The translations under genes and the position numbers were made by a program. A stretch of 50,349 nucleotides of DNA, from IMG/VR virus record IMGVR_UViG_3300034161_000019, positions 1 to 50,349 of that record, one strand, 5' to 3'. Below are positions 25,901-34,177 of this stretch, one piece after another; position 1 is the stretch's first letter; each line of letters starts with the position of its first letter. The notes under the pieces were generated by a model. The model searched no databases. It worked only from the letters and a program-made list of their open reading frames with translations, and was not told the DNA's origin. Source of the stretch: a virus. Lineage: Duplodnaviria; Caudoviricetes.

Positions 25901-26337
25901 GCCGCCCTCCTCTCGCCGTAGATGGCGTACATCAGGTCGTCCGGGTGCGGGAGCAGCAGTTGCAGGTGTTCGGCGCAGTAGGCGTCCAGCAGCTCAAGGT
26001 ACTGGGTCATCTCGGCGATGGTGAACTTGCGGGTTTTGGCCCGGCCGACGCGGTACTTAGTACCGTCCGGAAGCTGCACCGGATGAACCTCTGCAGGCCA
26101 CAGCTTCGATACCAGGATCTCGTGCCACTCTTCGGAGCTGGCGAGCTGGCCGAAGGATTCGCGCAGGTGTGTCTGGATCAGCCCGTTCCACATCCACAGC
26201 ATTTTGTTTTGGGCGTCACTGCGCTTGCTGCGGACTTCGACGATGGTCAGCTTGCGAGGCTTGGCCAGGTCCAGTGCCGTCAGGTAGCCGATCAGGCGGG
26301 TACGGTCGGATTCGTTGCGAAGCATGAGATCTGTCAT
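25897..26337 (-). CDS. ninB: NinB/Orf family protein
   Basis: KRSDAQNKMLWMW, EEWHE, TRKFTIAEMTQYLE motifs. Confidence 0.8.
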   Translation of the reverse strand: MTDLMLRNESDRTRLIGYLTALDLAKPRKLTIVEVRSKRSDAQNKMLWMWNGLIQTHLRESFGQLASSEEWHEILVSKLWPAEVHPVQLPDGTKYRVGRAKTRKFTIAEMTQYLELLDAYCAEHLQLLLPHPDDLMYAIYGERRAA

Positions 26338-26687
26338 GGCTCCTCCCGATCAATCATGGTGCGCAGGTCGCGATCAAGGTCATGCACCGGCACCCAGTCG
26401 TGGCCGATGTTCATCTGCACAGCGACTTGATCATTGCTCGGCTGGTCGCACTTCTTGCGCAACCATGTGTAAAGGATGTGCGTTTCGGATAGGGCTTGAA
26501 CGTTCTGATCAAGCACTCCGTTTCGGCGCCAAGCCTTTTCCAGTTCCTCGCCCAGCCGATCAATTTCTTCGTCGAGAAGGATATTTTCGGCTGCCATGAT
26601 CTTGCTTCTGCCGAAGCCGAACATGTAGCCGCCCCAGAATCCGAACAAGATCGCGGCTGTAACAGCCAAATAAAATTGGTTGCTCAT
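26334..26687 (-). CDS. Membrane-anchored coiled-coil hypothetical protein
   Basis: N-terminal TM segment then coiled coil; coupled. Confidence 0.6.
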   Translation of the reverse strand: MSNQFYLAVTAAILFGFWGGYMFGFGRSKIMAAENILLDEEIDRLGEELEKAWRRNGVLDQNVQALSETHILYTWLRKKCDQPSNDQVAVQMNIGHDWVPVHDLDRDLRTMIDREEP

Positions 26688-26902
26688 GCTCTGCGCACTC
26701 CCTGCTTAACCAGCGCCACCCGCTCAGCACAACCCACACACAGCTTCACGCCCTGGACCGCATTGCGACGGCCTTCCGGAATGTCATCGCCACACTCTTC
26801 GCACTCTTTGGCGCTGATGCCGGTGTAACGGGGGATCTGGGCAAGCGCTTGATCGCGGACTTGTTCAATTACGATATCGGCGGCGTCGCAGATGTCAGTC
26901 AT
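26684..26902 (-). CDS. TraR/DksA C4-type zinc finger protein
   Basis: MTDICDAA (DxxDxA), CEECGDDIPEGRR...LCVGC. Confidence 0.9.
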   Translation of the reverse strand: MTDICDAADIVIEQVRDQALAQIPRYTGISAKECEECGDDIPEGRRNAVQGVKLCVGCAERVALVKQGVRRA

Positions 26903-27308
26903 GGCTATCTCCCGAGAAGCTTCCAGGGCAACCCAGCGCCTTCTCCAGTCGATAGATGATTTTCAATCTAGGTTTGCATTTGCCATCTTCGTACCTAGAG
27001 ATCATTGATGCGGAAACACCAACCAATTCAGCTAGTTCTTGCTGACCAAGCCCTTGAGTAGCACGCAGAAATGCAAGTTTCTCAGAGAACTTTAAGATTG
27101 CTTTCGCTTGCGAGCCTTGACGAAGATTTTCGTTTTCAGCCCTGAGCGCTTCGTTCTCTGCAATCAAACCGGCAATAGTTTCGATAGTGCAGACTTCGAA
27201 TAGCGCGTCACATGCCTTGCGGAAGGCGCGGGCGTCGGTGCAATTTTCAGCCAAGCAAGCATCGAGCAGCGGCTTCAACTCGCTGTAAATTTCGCTATGT
27301 TCAGTCAT
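26895..27308 (-). CDS. Coiled-coil + XRE HTH protein
   Basis: C-terminal LRATQGLGQQELAELVGVSASMISRYEDGKCKP. Confidence 0.75.
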   Translation of the reverse strand: MTEHSEIYSELKPLLDACLAENCTDARAFRKACDALFEVCTIETIAGLIAENEALRAENENLRQGSQAKAILKFSEKLAFLRATQGLGQQELAELVGVSASMISRYEDGKCKPRLKIIYRLEKALGCPGSFSGDSHD

Positions 27309-28042
27309 TGGGAAAGCTCCTGATTCTTGTTCTTGCCGAATTTCGCGAGCAGCAGTGCGCGGGCGGACTTGCCGTCGGCCGGAATGCCTTGCTGAAGGAT
27401 TCGTGCTTGGGTTTGTTGGTCGGCCAGTTCGTTGGCCAACTCGAAGGCGGTCTTCTGGCTGTCGTGACCGATGCCGGTGAGGATCTTTCCGTCGAGCGGC
27501 CGACCTTCCTGAGCGCGGCGGATCACGATTACGTAGGCCCGGTCGAAGCGAGCGCGAATAGCCTTGTCGTCCTGCTTGGCGGCGCGCAGGTCAAAGATGC
27601 CAGTCTCGTTGGCAGCGATCCGGACGCCTTCGTGGCTATAGGAGCCCATGAGAGCTTCCATCCATGCGTCCGAGGTATTCGGCATGCCGAAAAGCTCAGG
27701 CCCTGGTGTGCACCAGTCGATAAATTGGCCGACACTGGGGGCAAAGGGAGATGTGCTGCGGCGGCACTCTTCGATGCCGTAGCGGACTTGGTCGAGATTG
27801 CTTAGCCCGGCGTCAATGAAGCGCTTAGTCCAACTGCGCATCGCTGTGTTCTTCGATGCATCGTCTGGCCAAGCCTGTTTCCATGCCGGAAAGATCGCCT
27901 GTAACTCACGAAATATCTTCTCAATGACTTCGCCTGTCTGGTCATCGACAACGCCCAGTGGGGCCTGAGCGACAGGAGTAGCGCCAGTGCCGGATACGAC
28001 CATGGCCCTGGCTTGGCGAGTTAGAGCGCCGACGCGTTTCAC
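27305..28042 (-). CDS. Replication protein P-like (helicase loader)
   Basis: IFRELQAIFPAWKQ, FAPSVGQFIDWC; follows the O-like gene. Confidence 0.75.
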   Translation of the reverse strand: MKRVGALTRQARAMVVSGTGATPVAQAPLGVVDDQTGEVIEKIFRELQAIFPAWKQAWPDDASKNTAMRSWTKRFIDAGLSNLDQVRYGIEECRRSTSPFAPSVGQFIDWCTPGPELFGMPNTSDAWMEALMGSYSHEGVRIAANETGIFDLRAAKQDDKAIRARFDRAYVIVIRRAQEGRPLDGKILTGIGHDSQKTAFELANELADQQTQARILQQGIPADGKSARALLLAKFGKNKNQELSQ

Positions 28043-28887
28043 AGGTCGTTACTCGTATCGGTGCGCCATGCGGTGCTGTAGAAATCGGGGCTGGTCGATG
28101 AGCCAGATTGCTTGTTGTCTTCGGCCAGGCGCTTGGCGACCCACTCCATCCTGAAACCTTGCCAGCCTTGCAGGACAGCTTGCTTCATGGCGACGTCGGC
28201 AGAGATGCCAGCCTCAACGCAGCGATCAAGCTCGGCGTTCAGCGAGTCCCAAACTGTTTGGCTCATGGCAGCGCGCTTAACCTTCCTGACCTTGAGCCAG
28301 TCAGAAATCAACTGCTCAGTGATCAGGTGCGGGTTGTTGGCGAGCATTTGGATCTTGCCAAAATCCGAGGCGCATTCCGGTTTTGGTTTGCGAGGTGCGC
28401 GCTTCGGCTTAGCAAGGGGGGGATTAATCTCTTCCGAAGGAAGAGTTAATAGGGTTTCTTTCTTTGTATAAAGAAGGCAAGTTGCCGTTTTGGTCTCACT
28501 CGCATCAGATCTCAGTGAGACGATTTGGGCTGAGTGAGACGTTTTGGTCTCAGTGAGACGATCCTGCTTTTCTTCATAAAAGGCCCATTCACCGACAGGA
28601 GAAATCCCGATATCGCCACGGCTTCCCCCAACCCGGTAGATGATCCGACGCTCAAGCAAATGGCTGATCGACTTGGAAGTGACATCACGGCGCATATTGG
28701 TGAGTTTGCCGATGTCGTCAGCAGATAGACGCTTGGTATTGAGTTGATAGCCGATGGTCTGACGAGCAATAGCCATCAGAACGCGCAGGTCACGCGCTGG
28801 CAGGTCAACCGTGGCCAAGGATTCCATCAGAGCATTGTCCATGCGGGTGAACCCCCTGGACTTGTCAAAGTGAACGATGTTTGTCAT
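28039..28887 (-). CDS. Replication initiator O-like
   Basis: GFTRMDNALMESL..DLPARDLRVLMAIARQTIGY; internal iterons; GWQGF near the C-terminus. Confidence 0.85.
   Translation of the reverse strand: MTNIVHFDKSRGFTRMDNALMESLATVDLPARDLRVLMAIARQTIGYQLNTKRLSADDIGKLTNMRRDVTSKSISHLLERRIIYRVGGSRGDIGISPVGEWAFYEEKQDRLTETKTSHSAQIVSLRSDASETKTATCLLYTKKETLLTLPSEEINPPLAKPKRAPRKPKPECASDFGKIQMLANNPHLITEQLISDWLKVRKVKRAAMSQTVWDSLNAELDRCVEAGISADVAMKQAVLQGWQGFRMEWVAKRLAEDNKQSGSSTSPDFYSTAWRTDTSNDL
28436..28565. repeat. Replication origin: iterons plus AT-rich tract within the O-like gene
   Basis: TCTCAGTGAGACGAT at 28510 and 28548, GTTTTGGTCTCA at 28487 and 28541, AGTGAGACG at 28533; AT-rich 28444-28473. Confidence 0.75.
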
Positions 28888-28916
28888 AGTTACCTCGCGA
28901 ACCGCTTTAACGAATT

Positions 28917-28942
28917 AGCCACCCTTGCCCGGTGGCTTTTTT
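28917..28942 (+). terminator. Antisense terminator (oop-like)
   Basis: AGCCACC-CTTGCCC-GGTGGCT followed by TTTTT. Confidence 0.7.
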
Positions 28943-28953
28943 GTGCGTGTGAT

Positions 28954-29151
28954 TTACTTATTCTTGCGGAACGCTTGAATCGTTCCTTTCATCGGCTTCG
29001 GTCTTGTTCTTGTTGCGATGACTTGCTGGATCCCTTCCTTGATGAGCTGCGGAACAGTCATTTGCCTCTCCTCCGCCAACGCCCTCAAAAACTCAAAATC
29101 ATCGCCATTGACCAATTCACCAACGGTCATTCCTTCTTCGTTGCTGCTCAT
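28954..29151 (-). CDS. Small RHH-like protein
   Basis: FEFLRALAEERQMTVPQLIKEGI; GGAGG SD. Confidence 0.55.
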   Translation of the reverse strand: MSSNEEGMTVGELVNGDDFEFLRALAEERQMTVPQLIKEGIQQVIATRTRPKPMKGTIQAFRKNK

Positions 29152-29180
29152 AGGGCCTCCGGAGGGACTCAAGAGGGACT

Positions 29181-29378
29181 TCAGGCCACACGGCTGCTTC
29201 GTTTAAGCTCTTCCCTCATCCCGTCGATCCATGACTCAAGAGCTTCACGGGCTAACACTGCTTTTCTGGTCCGGTGAATCTTGGCCAAACTAACAAGTGC
29301 GGCTTCGTACTCGTCGTCCAGGCGGACTTTTGTCTCGTTTTCGTGCTTGTAGCTGGGCTGATCGGGGTCATATGCCAT
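29181..29378 (-). CDS. CII-position small regulator (RHH-like)
   Basis: KVRLDDE...LAKIHRTRKAVLAREAL; directly after cro. Confidence 0.6.
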   Translation of the reverse strand: MAYDPDQPSYKHENETKVRLDDEYEAALVSLAKIHRTRKAVLAREALESWIDGMREELKRSSRVA

Positions 29379-29407
29379 TGGTGAGGCTCCTTGGTTGTAC
29401 GAAAGGG

Positions 29408-29611
29408 TTAAGCGGCTTGAGCTTTTGAAGGCTGGGATGGAAACGGGCGCGTCTCTACGGCCCGGAAGCTGCCGTCGGCAAGTTCCTGGACGCGGATGCT
29501 TCGCTCCGAAGAAATGGCTTTGTGAATGGCTGGAGGAGTCACATTCAGGAGCCGAGCGGCTTCTGACTGACCTTTTGCGGCCACAAACTCATCAAGGGAT
29601 GTCTCTTTCAT
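29408..29611 (-). CDS. cro: Cro repressor
   Basis: GQSEAARLLNVTPPAIHKAI...ETRPFPS, lambda Cro-like; divergent from cI. Confidence 0.9.
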   Translation of the reverse strand: MKETSLDEFVAAKGQSEAARLLNVTPPAIHKAISSERSIRVQELADGSFRAVETRPFPSQPSKAQAA

Positions 29612-29638
29612 GGTCGTGCCTCTGGTGTACATGAGGAG

Positions 29639-29667
29639 ATATTAACCATCTGTTAAGTATTTATCAA
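29639..29667 (-). promoter_or_regulatory. pR promoter
   Basis: TTGATA-17 bp-TAATAT, overlapped by operators. Confidence 0.75.
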
Positions 29668-29704
29668 TACCGATGGTTTCTTCTCTGCGTTAACCATTGG
29701 TAAT
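29642..29704. promoter_or_regulatory. Three OR operators (15 bp, 24-bp period)
   Basis: TTAACCATCTGTTAA (29642), AATACCGATGGTTTC (29666), TTAACCATTGGTAAT (29690). Confidence 0.8.
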
Positions 29705-29715
29705 AAATTAATCAG

Positions 29716-30495
29716 ATGACGAAAAAACGACTTTTACCCCCCGACCGCCTTGCTGAGTGCATGGCCGCTCACGAACTCTTCCTGTCTAAAAAGAAGGAGT
29801 TGGGCCTGAGCCAGAGAAAAATCGCGGATGCGGCTGGTATAACGCCTGCTGCCGTTAATCTGTATTTCAAAGGGATCAACCCACTAAATGCGCAATTTGC
29901 CGCCATACTGTCCGAGCAAATTCAGGAGCCAGTAGAGAGATTCAGCACCCGCCTGGCTGCTGAGATAGGGAAGCTGACGCGAGCAACCCCAGAACGCGCC
30001 GCTGTTACATCAAACGCTGAGCTGCTTGGGCCAATAGACGTCTGGGACGACGACACGCCGCTCGATGACGATGAGGTGTATGTGCCATTCCTAAAGGAAG
30101 TAGAGCTCTCGGCGGGCCAAGGAAGGACCGCTGTAGAGCAGTCTCATAAGCAGAAGCTGAGGTTCGGCAAAATAACGCTCCGCAAACAAGGGGTGCAGCC
30201 GTCCGACGCAGTGTGCGTAACAGTCAGCGGAAATAGCATGGAGCCTGTTCTACCCGATGGGAGCACCGTCGGCGTGGATCAGGGCACAACATCCATAACT
30301 GACGGCAAAATGTACGCAATCGACCATGGCGGTCAGTTGCGGGTAAAGACGTTGTACCGGTTACCTGGTGGAGGTATCCGGATGCGCAGCTTCAACAGAG
30401 ATGAGCATCCAGATGAAGAGTACTCAGCAATCGAGATGATCGAGAGAGAGATCCTGGTAATCGGTCGTGTGTTCTGGTCGTCTGCGCTCTGGTAG
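29716..30495 (+). CDS. cI: CI repressor (HTH + S24 peptidase)
   Basis: LSQRKIADAAGITPAAVNLYF HTH; SAGQG cleavage site; GNSMEP; RVKTL. Confidence 0.95.
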   Translation: MTKKRLLPPDRLAECMAAHELFLSKKKELGLSQRKIADAAGITPAAVNLYFKGINPLNAQFAAILSEQIQEPVERFSTRLAAEIGKLTRATPERAAVTSNAELLGPIDVWDDDTPLDDDEVYVPFLKEVELSAGQGRTAVEQSHKQKLRFGKITLRKQGVQPSDAVCVTVSGNSMEPVLPDGSTVGVDQGTTSITDGKMYAIDHGGQLRVKTLYRLPGGGIRMRSFNRDEHPDEEYSAIEMIEREILVIGRVFWSSALW

Positions 30496-30520
30496 ATCCA
30501 TAAGCACACAGCACCAATAG

Positions 30521-30549
30521 AAGATCCCACCTTTGAGTGGGATTTTTTT
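30521..30549 (+). terminator. Terminator after cI
   Basis: ATCCCAC-CTTTGA-GTGGGAT followed by TTTTTT. Confidence 0.75.
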
Positions 30550-30566
30550 CGCCTATCGAAAATAAA

Positions 30567-30609
30567 TTAACCATCGGTATTGACGCATTAATAAACCGAT
30601 GGTTAACTA
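30567..30609 (+). promoter_or_regulatory. pL promoter with two OL operators
   Basis: TTAACCATCGGTATT (30567) and TAAACCGATGGTTAA (30592) flank -35 TTGACG (30580). Confidence 0.75.
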
Positions 30610-30880
30610 CATCTCAACGCCACAGAACAACGAGGCGCCAGGGCCTGACAAGACCCGCCACACGACTGGTGAAGCCGCCAGATAGCCCGGGATCAGCGAA
30701 GTGATCTCCCAGCCCTCTCCCGAGGACCGACTGGAACCAAGTTCTTTTACATAGAGAGTTGCCCAGCACTGCGCCAGTAGCGAGTTGCTGGAAGAACAGA
30801 TTTCACTGGCTGGCCTTGGCGACAGGGCCAGACGGGAAATCAACTGACAAGTCAGGCTTGACGGTTCGGAGGCAACAACG

Positions 30881-31117
30881 ATGGTCACAGCAAGCGAGTA
30901 CGTAGCTGGCTTCAAAAAGCGCCACGCCGCACCGACGAAGTCGCCGACCAACTGGAAAAAGAAGTACGAGGCTGAAAGGAATCTGGTTATCGATGAGGCG
31001 ATCATCAAGCTGAAAGACGAAATGCGTGGTAAGCCGGCGGAATGGGCTCGCGGCTACAACTCAGCCATTACCACGCTTGAGCTGATGAAGTCAGGGAAGC
31101 GAGTAGTCATCTCTTAG
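30881..31117 (+). CDS. Hypothetical early protein
   Basis: GGAGG SD; 78 aa; WARGYNSAI. Confidence 0.65.
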   Translation: MVTASEYVAGFKKRHAAPTKSPTNWKKKYEAERNLVIDEAIIKLKDEMRGKPAEWARGYNSAITTLELMKSGKRVVIS

Positions 31118-31219
31118 ATGACAACTGAACCATCTTCCTGCGCATTCACCGAGTGCGCAGTGGGATGCGGAAGAACAATACCGGAAACGGCCACCTGCAT
31201 TAACCAGCCGGAGAATCAC

Positions 31220-31396
31220 ATGCTCCAGATCATCCTGATCGGCGCAGCGCTGAGTCATGTGCGGCCAGAACCGCCAACTGATGACGGCCTGCCAACCGAT
31301 CCAATAAGCACACGCCGTGAACACTGGCGAATATCCATCGGGGTCGAAAGCGTTCTGGCGCTGACTTCCCCGCCAAAAAACCCAAAACCATACTGA
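31220..31396 (+). CDS. Small hypothetical protein
   Basis: GGAG SD; MLQIILIGAALSHVRPEPP; 58 aa. Confidence 0.45.
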   Translation: MLQIILIGAALSHVRPEPPTDDGLPTDPISTRREHWRISIGVESVLALTSPPKNPKPY

Positions 31397-31558
31397 GCGA
31401 TACCGAGGATACAAACTTGATGCTTCAGCCGGTCGCTGCCTCCAGTAGAGAGCGACCGGATATCAGATGGCTTCCTGCTGTTTCAGGCTGGCCATCTGGC
31501 TTTACAAGTGCTGTCTACACCCCAGACAGCACTCGAAAGCCAACGAAAGGATCGACTC

Positions 31559-32386
31559 ATGACCGATATCAAATACACCAACGACGGAAAGAAAGTCCTA
31601 ATCGTTGGCAAGCTGAATTCCCAAGAAACAATCGTCCAAGAGATCTTCGTCAGCGCCGGGCAAGAGATTCCGAGCGGCGAGAACTTCGTGGTCAAGAGCC
31701 TGCACGATGCGCCGGCCGAATCGTGGAAGGAAAAGAATCTGCGCGAGCTTGAAGCGAGATACGAGAGTGATCGCAAAAAGCTTCAGACACAGATCGACGA
31801 TCAAGAGCGCCGACTCTCCCTTGAGCGCGACAAGGCGAAATTGCAAACCAGCGCGCTTTTGCAGTTCGTGAAGAACTCCGATGAAAGCCAGCTCGAAACC
31901 CTGAAGAACTTCATGTCCGGCCAGATCACGCACCTGTTCGTCGCCGGTTATTCGCCAGAGATTATTAGCTGGAAGGACAGCGATAAGGTCTACGACGCCG
32001 ATTCCTTTTACCACCATGCCCGCCTTGACGGCATCAAGCTGGTTTCTTTGATGGGCAAGTCTGATGGGGACTTGAGCTATCGCCTGCATGAATACCGCGA
32101 CGGTAGTGGCGGATGCGGCAAAACGATATACCCAACCACAAGCTATGAAGCGGCTTTGGCGATGGCCCAAGCCCAGCTTGACGAGGATGGCAATGCTTAT
32201 GTTTCTGGCGGGTCCCAGTACCTCAATGTTGAAACGTGGCGAAAGATCGACGGAATCGTGATCCCTCCAGCAGTCATCGAAAGATGGGAGATGCTGGCCG
32301 ATGCGCAGCGACTGGATCGGATCGAAAAGCTCAGAAAAGAGCTTACCGATCTCGAGTCGAAGGCGCCTGTAAAGCGCAAGAAATAA
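31559..32386 (+). CDS. Hypothetical coiled-coil protein (275 aa)
   Basis: AAGGA SD; long ORF with phage-like codon usage. Confidence 0.75.
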   Translation: MTDIKYTNDGKKVLIVGKLNSQETIVQEIFVSAGQEIPSGENFVVKSLHDAPAESWKEKNLRELEARYESDRKKLQTQIDDQERRLSLERDKAKLQTSALLQFVKNSDESQLETLKNFMSGQITHLFVAGYSPEIISWKDSDKVYDADSFYHHARLDGIKLVSLMGKSDGDLSYRLHEYRDGSGGCGKTIYPTTSYEAALAMAQAQLDEDGNAYVSGGSQYLNVETWRKIDGIVIPPAVIERWEMLADAQRLDRIEKLRKELTDLESKAPVKRKK

Positions 32387-32656
32387 CCCTCTCCGTACAC
32401 GTCAGCCAGACGAAAATGGCCCGATATCTCCATGGTGATGGAGAGTGCTTGTATCGGTGAGTTGTCTGTCCATGACATCGATTAGGTTGGACGCAGGTCG
32501 TTCGAGCCCGACGCCAGACAACTCTCCAATGCAGGTACAGCTGCAAGCGCAACTTTGGTGCGCATGAACCTGTACGACCAACTGGAGGATTTGCAGCCAT
32601 GTAACAGACAACAACGATCCGACGCCTCATGCGCCCGGTCGTCATGTAGGGAAGGT

Positions 32657-32683
32657 AAAGCCTCGGTTCGCCGGGGCTTTTTA
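32657..32683 (+). terminator. tL-like terminator
   Basis: AAAGCCTCGG-TTCG-CCGGGGCTTT followed by TT. Confidence 0.8.
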
Positions 32684-32703
32684 TTGTGCGATTGGAGGTG
32701 AGT

Positions 32704-32922
32704 ATGATCAGCAATAAAAACGGAGGCCCAGCGTTCCCTGTGCATTCAGAGTTAAAGGATGACGAGCCTCATGCAGGCATGAGCCTGCGAGATTATTTTG
32801 CCGCAAAGGTCTTAGTTGGGCTTATTTCCGGTGATATTGGGTGGCATGCGTGCGAAGAAAGCTATGTAGCGGAGCGAGCTTATTCCATTGCCGACGCCAT
32901 GCTTTCGGAGCGTGCCACATGA
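32704..32922 (+). CDS. Conserved small phage protein
   Basis: GGPAFP...GMSLRDYFAAK...AYSIADAMLSER motif. Confidence 0.75.
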   Translation: MISNKNGGPAFPVHSELKDDEPHAGMSLRDYFAAKVLVGLISGDIGWHACEESYVAERAYSIADAMLSERAT

Positions 32923-33041
32923 AACGCACACCCCCCTCACCCCGCAAGCCCCGCCCCGACGTCCACGACTGCGCCAAAGGTCGGATGCATGACGCACCGA
33001 GGAAGATCGTTACCACTATGCCGGGCGGGTATATCGCCTGA
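32919..33041 (+). CDS. Small basic protein (40 aa)
   Basis: ATGA-coupled; MKRTPPSPRKPRPDVHDCAKGRM. Confidence 0.5.
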   Translation: MKRTPPSPRKPRPDVHDCAKGRMHDAPRKIVTTMPGGYIA

Positions 33042-33054
33042 GAAGGAGTAAGTC

Positions 33055-33240
33055 ATGGCGCAGAACTGGCTGGTGAATTTCAGCGATAAGGCGGGCAACA
33101 AAATGGCAGTTGTGCAGGTGAACTGCTATCAGGCACCGCGAGCTGTTTCTATCGCTATGGGGATGCTCAAAAAGCGTGATCCAGCAAAGCATGCACTGGT
33201 TTTGAGCCAGTCGTATTCGATTCTTGTTGAGGATGCCTAG
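33055..33240 (+). CDS. Hypothetical protein
   Basis: AGGAG SD; 61 aa. Confidence 0.55.
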   Translation: MAQNWLVNFSDKAGNKMAVVQVNCYQAPRAVSIAMGMLKKRDPAKHALVLSQSYSILVEDA

Positions 33241-33275
33241 AGCGTTCCTCCCAACCCCAAACACTGGAGGTCGCT

Positions 33276-33536
33276 ATGGCCCGCGCTTACGAATATTGGA
33301 CTGTCAGGGACGGCGAGGACATTGCCATCAACCTGACCGTGTTTTCTTTTTCGCAACGGAAGGGAAATTTCAGCTCTCAAGCAGCAGACCCAGATGAGTA
33401 TTACGGGAGCTGCTCAATTTCGTGGGAATCGAAGGACGACACCAGCCATATGACCGATGGCGAAATCGCGACGATGGAGGAATGGCTTGTGAATGAGCAC
33501 TCCGAGTATCTGGCCGACCAAGACTATTACGACTGA
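33276..33536 (+). CDS. Acidic hypothetical protein
   Basis: GGAGG SD; GNFSSQAADPDEYYG motif. Confidence 0.65.
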   Translation: MARAYEYWTVRDGEDIAINLTVFSFSQRKGNFSSQAADPDEYYGSCSISWESKDDTSHMTDGEIATMEEWLVNEHSEYLADQDYYD

Positions 33537-33557
33537 CCCGCCGATCTGGAGGAGCCC

Positions 33558-33980
33558 ATGAGCGCAGCATTGATTGCTCAGTTGAACTACGAAAACCGTC
33601 AGCCTCCACAAGTGAGCGATAGCCCGCAGGAGATTGCGCGGGCCGAGTGGCTGTATAACGCCGCCGAAGAGTTGCTGCGTGGCGCTGATGTGAAGTTCCA
33701 GCGCCGCATGAACTCCCCGCAAGGCGTGACAGCCAAACAGTTCGCGCTAGCCGTGGACGAGCTTGTAAACAAGCGCCTGGCTGACTGTGAGATCCCAACC
33801 CCATCGCTTGGCTGGCTGCTGATTGAGGCTGTTCGCGGCTTTGCGGATAAGGTTTCCGCTGCAGAATTGCTCGGCAATAGTGACCACCCGCTCGGCAAGC
33901 TTGGCGAAATCGCCGAGTCACTGCTTGAGCCGCTGGCCGACGACGCACTCAAGGCTCAGGCCGAGGATTCCGAACTGTGA
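33558..33980 (+). CDS. Hypothetical phage protein
   Basis: GGAGGAG SD; 140 aa. Confidence 0.7.
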   Translation: MSAALIAQLNYENRQPPQVSDSPQEIARAEWLYNAAEELLRGADVKFQRRMNSPQGVTAKQFALAVDELVNKRLADCEIPTPSLGWLLIEAVRGFADKVSAAELLGNSDHPLGKLGEIAESLLEPLADDALKAQAEDSEL

Positions 33981-34177
33981 AAACCAGTCCGCACATCGCC
34001 ATCGACAACGACCTAGACGAACTCAATCACCCTGCCTGCCCTCCCCTGTACGAAACCCTGGTACTGCGAAACATCACCCGGCTCTACACGGACGGAGCAA
34101 TCAGCCTTGAAGAGTTCGACCACTACTGTGCACGGCTGAATGTCGCTATAGCGAAACGGCCAAGGAGTGCGGCATGA
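33977..34177 (+). CDS. Hypothetical protein
   Basis: GTGA-coupled; GAISLEEFDHY. Confidence 0.6.
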   Translation: MKTSPHIAIDNDLDELNHPACPPLYETLVLRNITRLYTDGAISLEEFDHYCARLNVAIAKRPRSAA

